From contig CP001848.1 of assembly GCA_000025185.1 (NCBI GenBank), positions 3,600,001 through 3,632,000 of the forward strand: a stretch of DNA of 32,000 bases. Direction: 5' to 3'. The notes beneath the pieces were generated by a model. The model did not search any database and was not told the DNA's origin. It worked only from the letters and a program-made list of their open reading frames with translations. This document shows, piece by piece, positions 30,196 to 32,000 of the stretch. The DNA comes from Pirellula staleyi DSM 6068 (GTDB lineage Bacteria; Planctomycetota; Planctomycetia; Pirellulales; Pirellulaceae). A program made the position numbers and the translations under genes. Position 1 is the first letter of the stretch; every line of letters starts with the position of its first letter.

Positions 30196-30273
30196 GAAGA
30201 AATAGTTCGTCTTAGGAAGAACTAGACTGCTGTTGATTACCTGGCATTACTAAATTCCGGGCTCGTGTCTCCA

Positions 30274-31143
30274 CTAGCCGAAACTGCCGGTGAGATATTT
30301 TTCCGTCAGCGGATTTTTGGGCGTTTGGAATATCTGCGACGTGTGACCACGTTCGATCATTTGCCCGAGGTACATGAAACTGGTGAAGTCGGCACAGCGG
30401 GCCGCTTGTTCCATGTTGTGCGTGACGATCAAGATCGTCACTTTGTGTTTGAGCGCGAACATCATGTCTTCGATGCGTGATGTCGCAATCGGATCGAGTG
30501 CCGAGGTCGGTTCGTCGAGCAAAAGTAGTTCAGGATCAGTTGCCAGCGCTCGAGCGACGCACAATCGCTGCTGCTGACCACCTGAAAGTTTGAACGCCGA
30601 ATGATGCAGTCGGTCTTTCACTTCGTCCCACAAGGCGGCTGAACGGAGAGCAAACTCGACCCGTTCATTAAGCACCGAACGGTTATTGATAAATCGCAGC
30701 CGCAAGCCATAGGCCACGTTCTCGTAGATCGACTTCGGAAACGGATTCGGTTTTTGAAAAACCATGCCGGTGCGGAGACGCATCTCCATCGGGTCGACAT
30801 CGGGGCTGAGGATGTTGATGGGGGCCTGGTCGATGCCGCTTGGTTGCAGCATGATTTCCCCCTCGTAGTGATTTCCTGGGTAAAGATCGTGCATCCGGTT
30901 AAAGCAACGCAGCAGCGTGCTTTTGCCGCATCCTGAAGGTCCGATTAAAGCAGTGATGGTGTGCTGCGGAATGGGCAAGCTCACGCTATGGAGCACCTGC
31001 TTGGTGCCGTAGAAGAAACTGACGTTCTTCACTTCGGCCTTGAGCTTGCTGGCGTCGATCAAACGCGGATCGCCACGCCCGGGAAAGTCGTTCGACTCAG
31101 CCGGCGGAGTGGATACTGGTTTGGTGGGAACGTTGCTCATCAA
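30274..31143 (-). CDS. pstB: phosphate ABC transporter ATP-binding protein PstB
   Basis: Walker A is GPSGCGKST, the signature is LSGGQQQRL, and Walker B is [12 protein letters not shown]. PstB-specific blocks are present: FYG..QVL..VSL.I....[24 protein letters not shown] and the C-terminal [19 protein letters not shown]. It lies directly downstream of pstA. Confidence 0.9.
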   Translation of the reverse strand: MMSNVPTKPVSTPPAESNDFPGRGDPRLIDASKLKAEVKNVSFFYGTKQVLHSVSLPIPQHTITALIGPSGCGKSTLLRCFNRMHDLYPGNHYEGEIMLQPSGIDQAPINILSPDVDPMEMRLRTGMVFQKPNPFPKSIYENVAYGLRLRFINNRSVLNERVEFALRSAALWDEVKDRLHHSAFKLSGGQQQRLCVARALATDPELLLLDEPTSALDPIATSRIEDMMFALKHKVTILIVTHNMEQAARCADFTSFMYLGQMIERGHTSQIFQTPKNPLTEKYLTGSFG

Positions 31144-31183
31144 TCAAACTCGCAGCAAGAGCGCGAAACCGCAGGAAAAGATC

Positions 31184-32000
31184 TTACCACTTAATCTTGC
31201 GCCGCATCTGATAGCGAACATAGATCGCGATGGCATTCATGCTGAGCGTAAAAAAGATCAGCACCAGTCCTGTAGCAGCGGCTCGTGCATGGAAATCGGC
31301 GGTGGGACGCGACACCCAGTTGAACATCTGAATCGGCATCACGGTGAAGCCCGAAAACAGCCACTTGAAGCTGATGAAAGGTAATTCAGAGGTGATGGGA
31401 GAGGGGGGGATAAACGCGACGTACGAGAGTGCGCCGATGGTGATCAGCGGCGCGGTTTCACCGAGGGCTCGCGACATGGCGATGATCGTACCGGTTGCAA
31501 TACCACCGATCGAATAAGGAATGAGGTGGTAGCGAATCACTTGCCACTTCGTTGCGCCAGCAGCGTAGGCAGCTTCGCGAATCGCAGCCGGAATAGCACG
31601 GATCGCTTCACGTGTCGAAACAATCACGATGGGCAAGACGAGTGTCGCCAGCGTGAGCCCACCGACAAGAATGCAGCGCCCCAGATTGAACTGATAAACC
31701 AAAATTCCGAGTGCCATTAAGCCATAAATAATCGAAGGAACGCCCGCGAGATTCGAGATGTTGATTTCAATCAGGGTGGTGATGAAATTCTTCGGGGCAT
31801 ATTCTTCGAGATAAACGGCAGCTGCAATTCCGAGCGGAACAGCCGTGACGAGTGTCACCACAATAATGGCGAACGATCCCACGCTGGCCGAAAGAATGCC
31901 AGCACGCTCTGCTTTTCGCGAGGGAAAGTTGCGCAGAAAATCGAGGTTCAGGCTCGAGTAGCCGTCGTGAATCAAATCGCCCAGCAAGAAGATCAGCGTC
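31184..32000 (-). CDS. pstA: phosphate ABC transporter permease PstA (5' end beyond the right edge)
   Basis: The track ORF 31184..31987 starts at an internal TTG. The frame stays open to the window edge (...TLIFLLGDLIHDGYSSLNLDFLRNFPSRKAERAGI...). The ABC permease EAA loop is present (REAAYAAGATKWQVIRYHLIPYSIGGIATG), and the sequence ends ...RYQMRRKIKW. It lies upstream of pstB. Confidence 0.85.
   Translation of the reverse strand, partial: TLIFLLGDLIHDGYSSLNLDFLRNFPSRKAERAGILSASVGSFAIIVVTLVTAVPLGIAAAVYLEEYAPKNFITTLIEINISNLAGVPSIIYGLMALGILVYQFNLGRCILVGGLTLATLVLPIVIVSTREAIRAIPAAIREAAYAAGATKWQVIRYHLIPYSIGGIATGTIIAMSRALGETAPLITIGALSYVAFIPPSPITSELPFISFKWLFSGFTVMPIQMFNWVSRPTADFHARAAATGLVLIFFTLSMNAIAIYVRYQMRRKIKW

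Overview
This 32-kb window is moderately GC-rich and gene-dense, with about 22 protein genes and one tRNA. I found no rRNA, CRISPR array, transposase or integrase. The gene content suggests a Planctomycetota (Pirellulales-like) chromosome: a DUF1549/DUF1553 + DUF1501 pair with a twin-arginine signal, very large TPR proteins, and few obvious Shine-Dalgarno sites. That assignment is inference only.

Layout, left to right:
- comM/yifB 5' part (minus strand, runs off the left edge and is missing from the ORF track).
- A yhdT-like small membrane gene translationally overlapped with a PanF-like Na+/solute symporter (plus).
- An SLC13/DASS permease (minus).
- A 15.8-kb single-strand cluster (minus, 20485 down to 4643): TPR protein (789 aa), giant TPR/lectin-like protein (2569 aa), ExbB, ExbD, ExbD, a TonB-position orphan (178 aa), a polytopic DUF4159 protein, and a TPR protein (about 540 aa).
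- A DUF1549/DUF1553 + DUF1501 pair (minus).
- A membrane-anchored DUF2726 nuclease-fold protein (minus).
- A divergent three-gene plus-strand unit: GAF/HD-GYP phosphodiesterase, a 165-aa orphan, and a 488-aa caspase-fold protein whose His/Cys dyad is replaced by Lys/Ser.
- tRNA(CAT), a VOC/glyoxalase-family gene, then pstB and a partial pstA (minus).

Two loci look most worth following up:
1. The ExbB-ExbD-ExbD motor cluster has no recognisable TonB C-terminal domain, TolA, TolB, Pal or TonB-dependent receptor. Instead it sits with YbgF/CpoB-like TPR proteins that carry a shared repeated beta-module and lectin-like domains.
2. The HD-GYP / orphan / pseudo-caspase unit lies next to a tRNA and a DUF2726 gene.

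All family assignments come from reading the translations and recalling family motifs. No database search was run.
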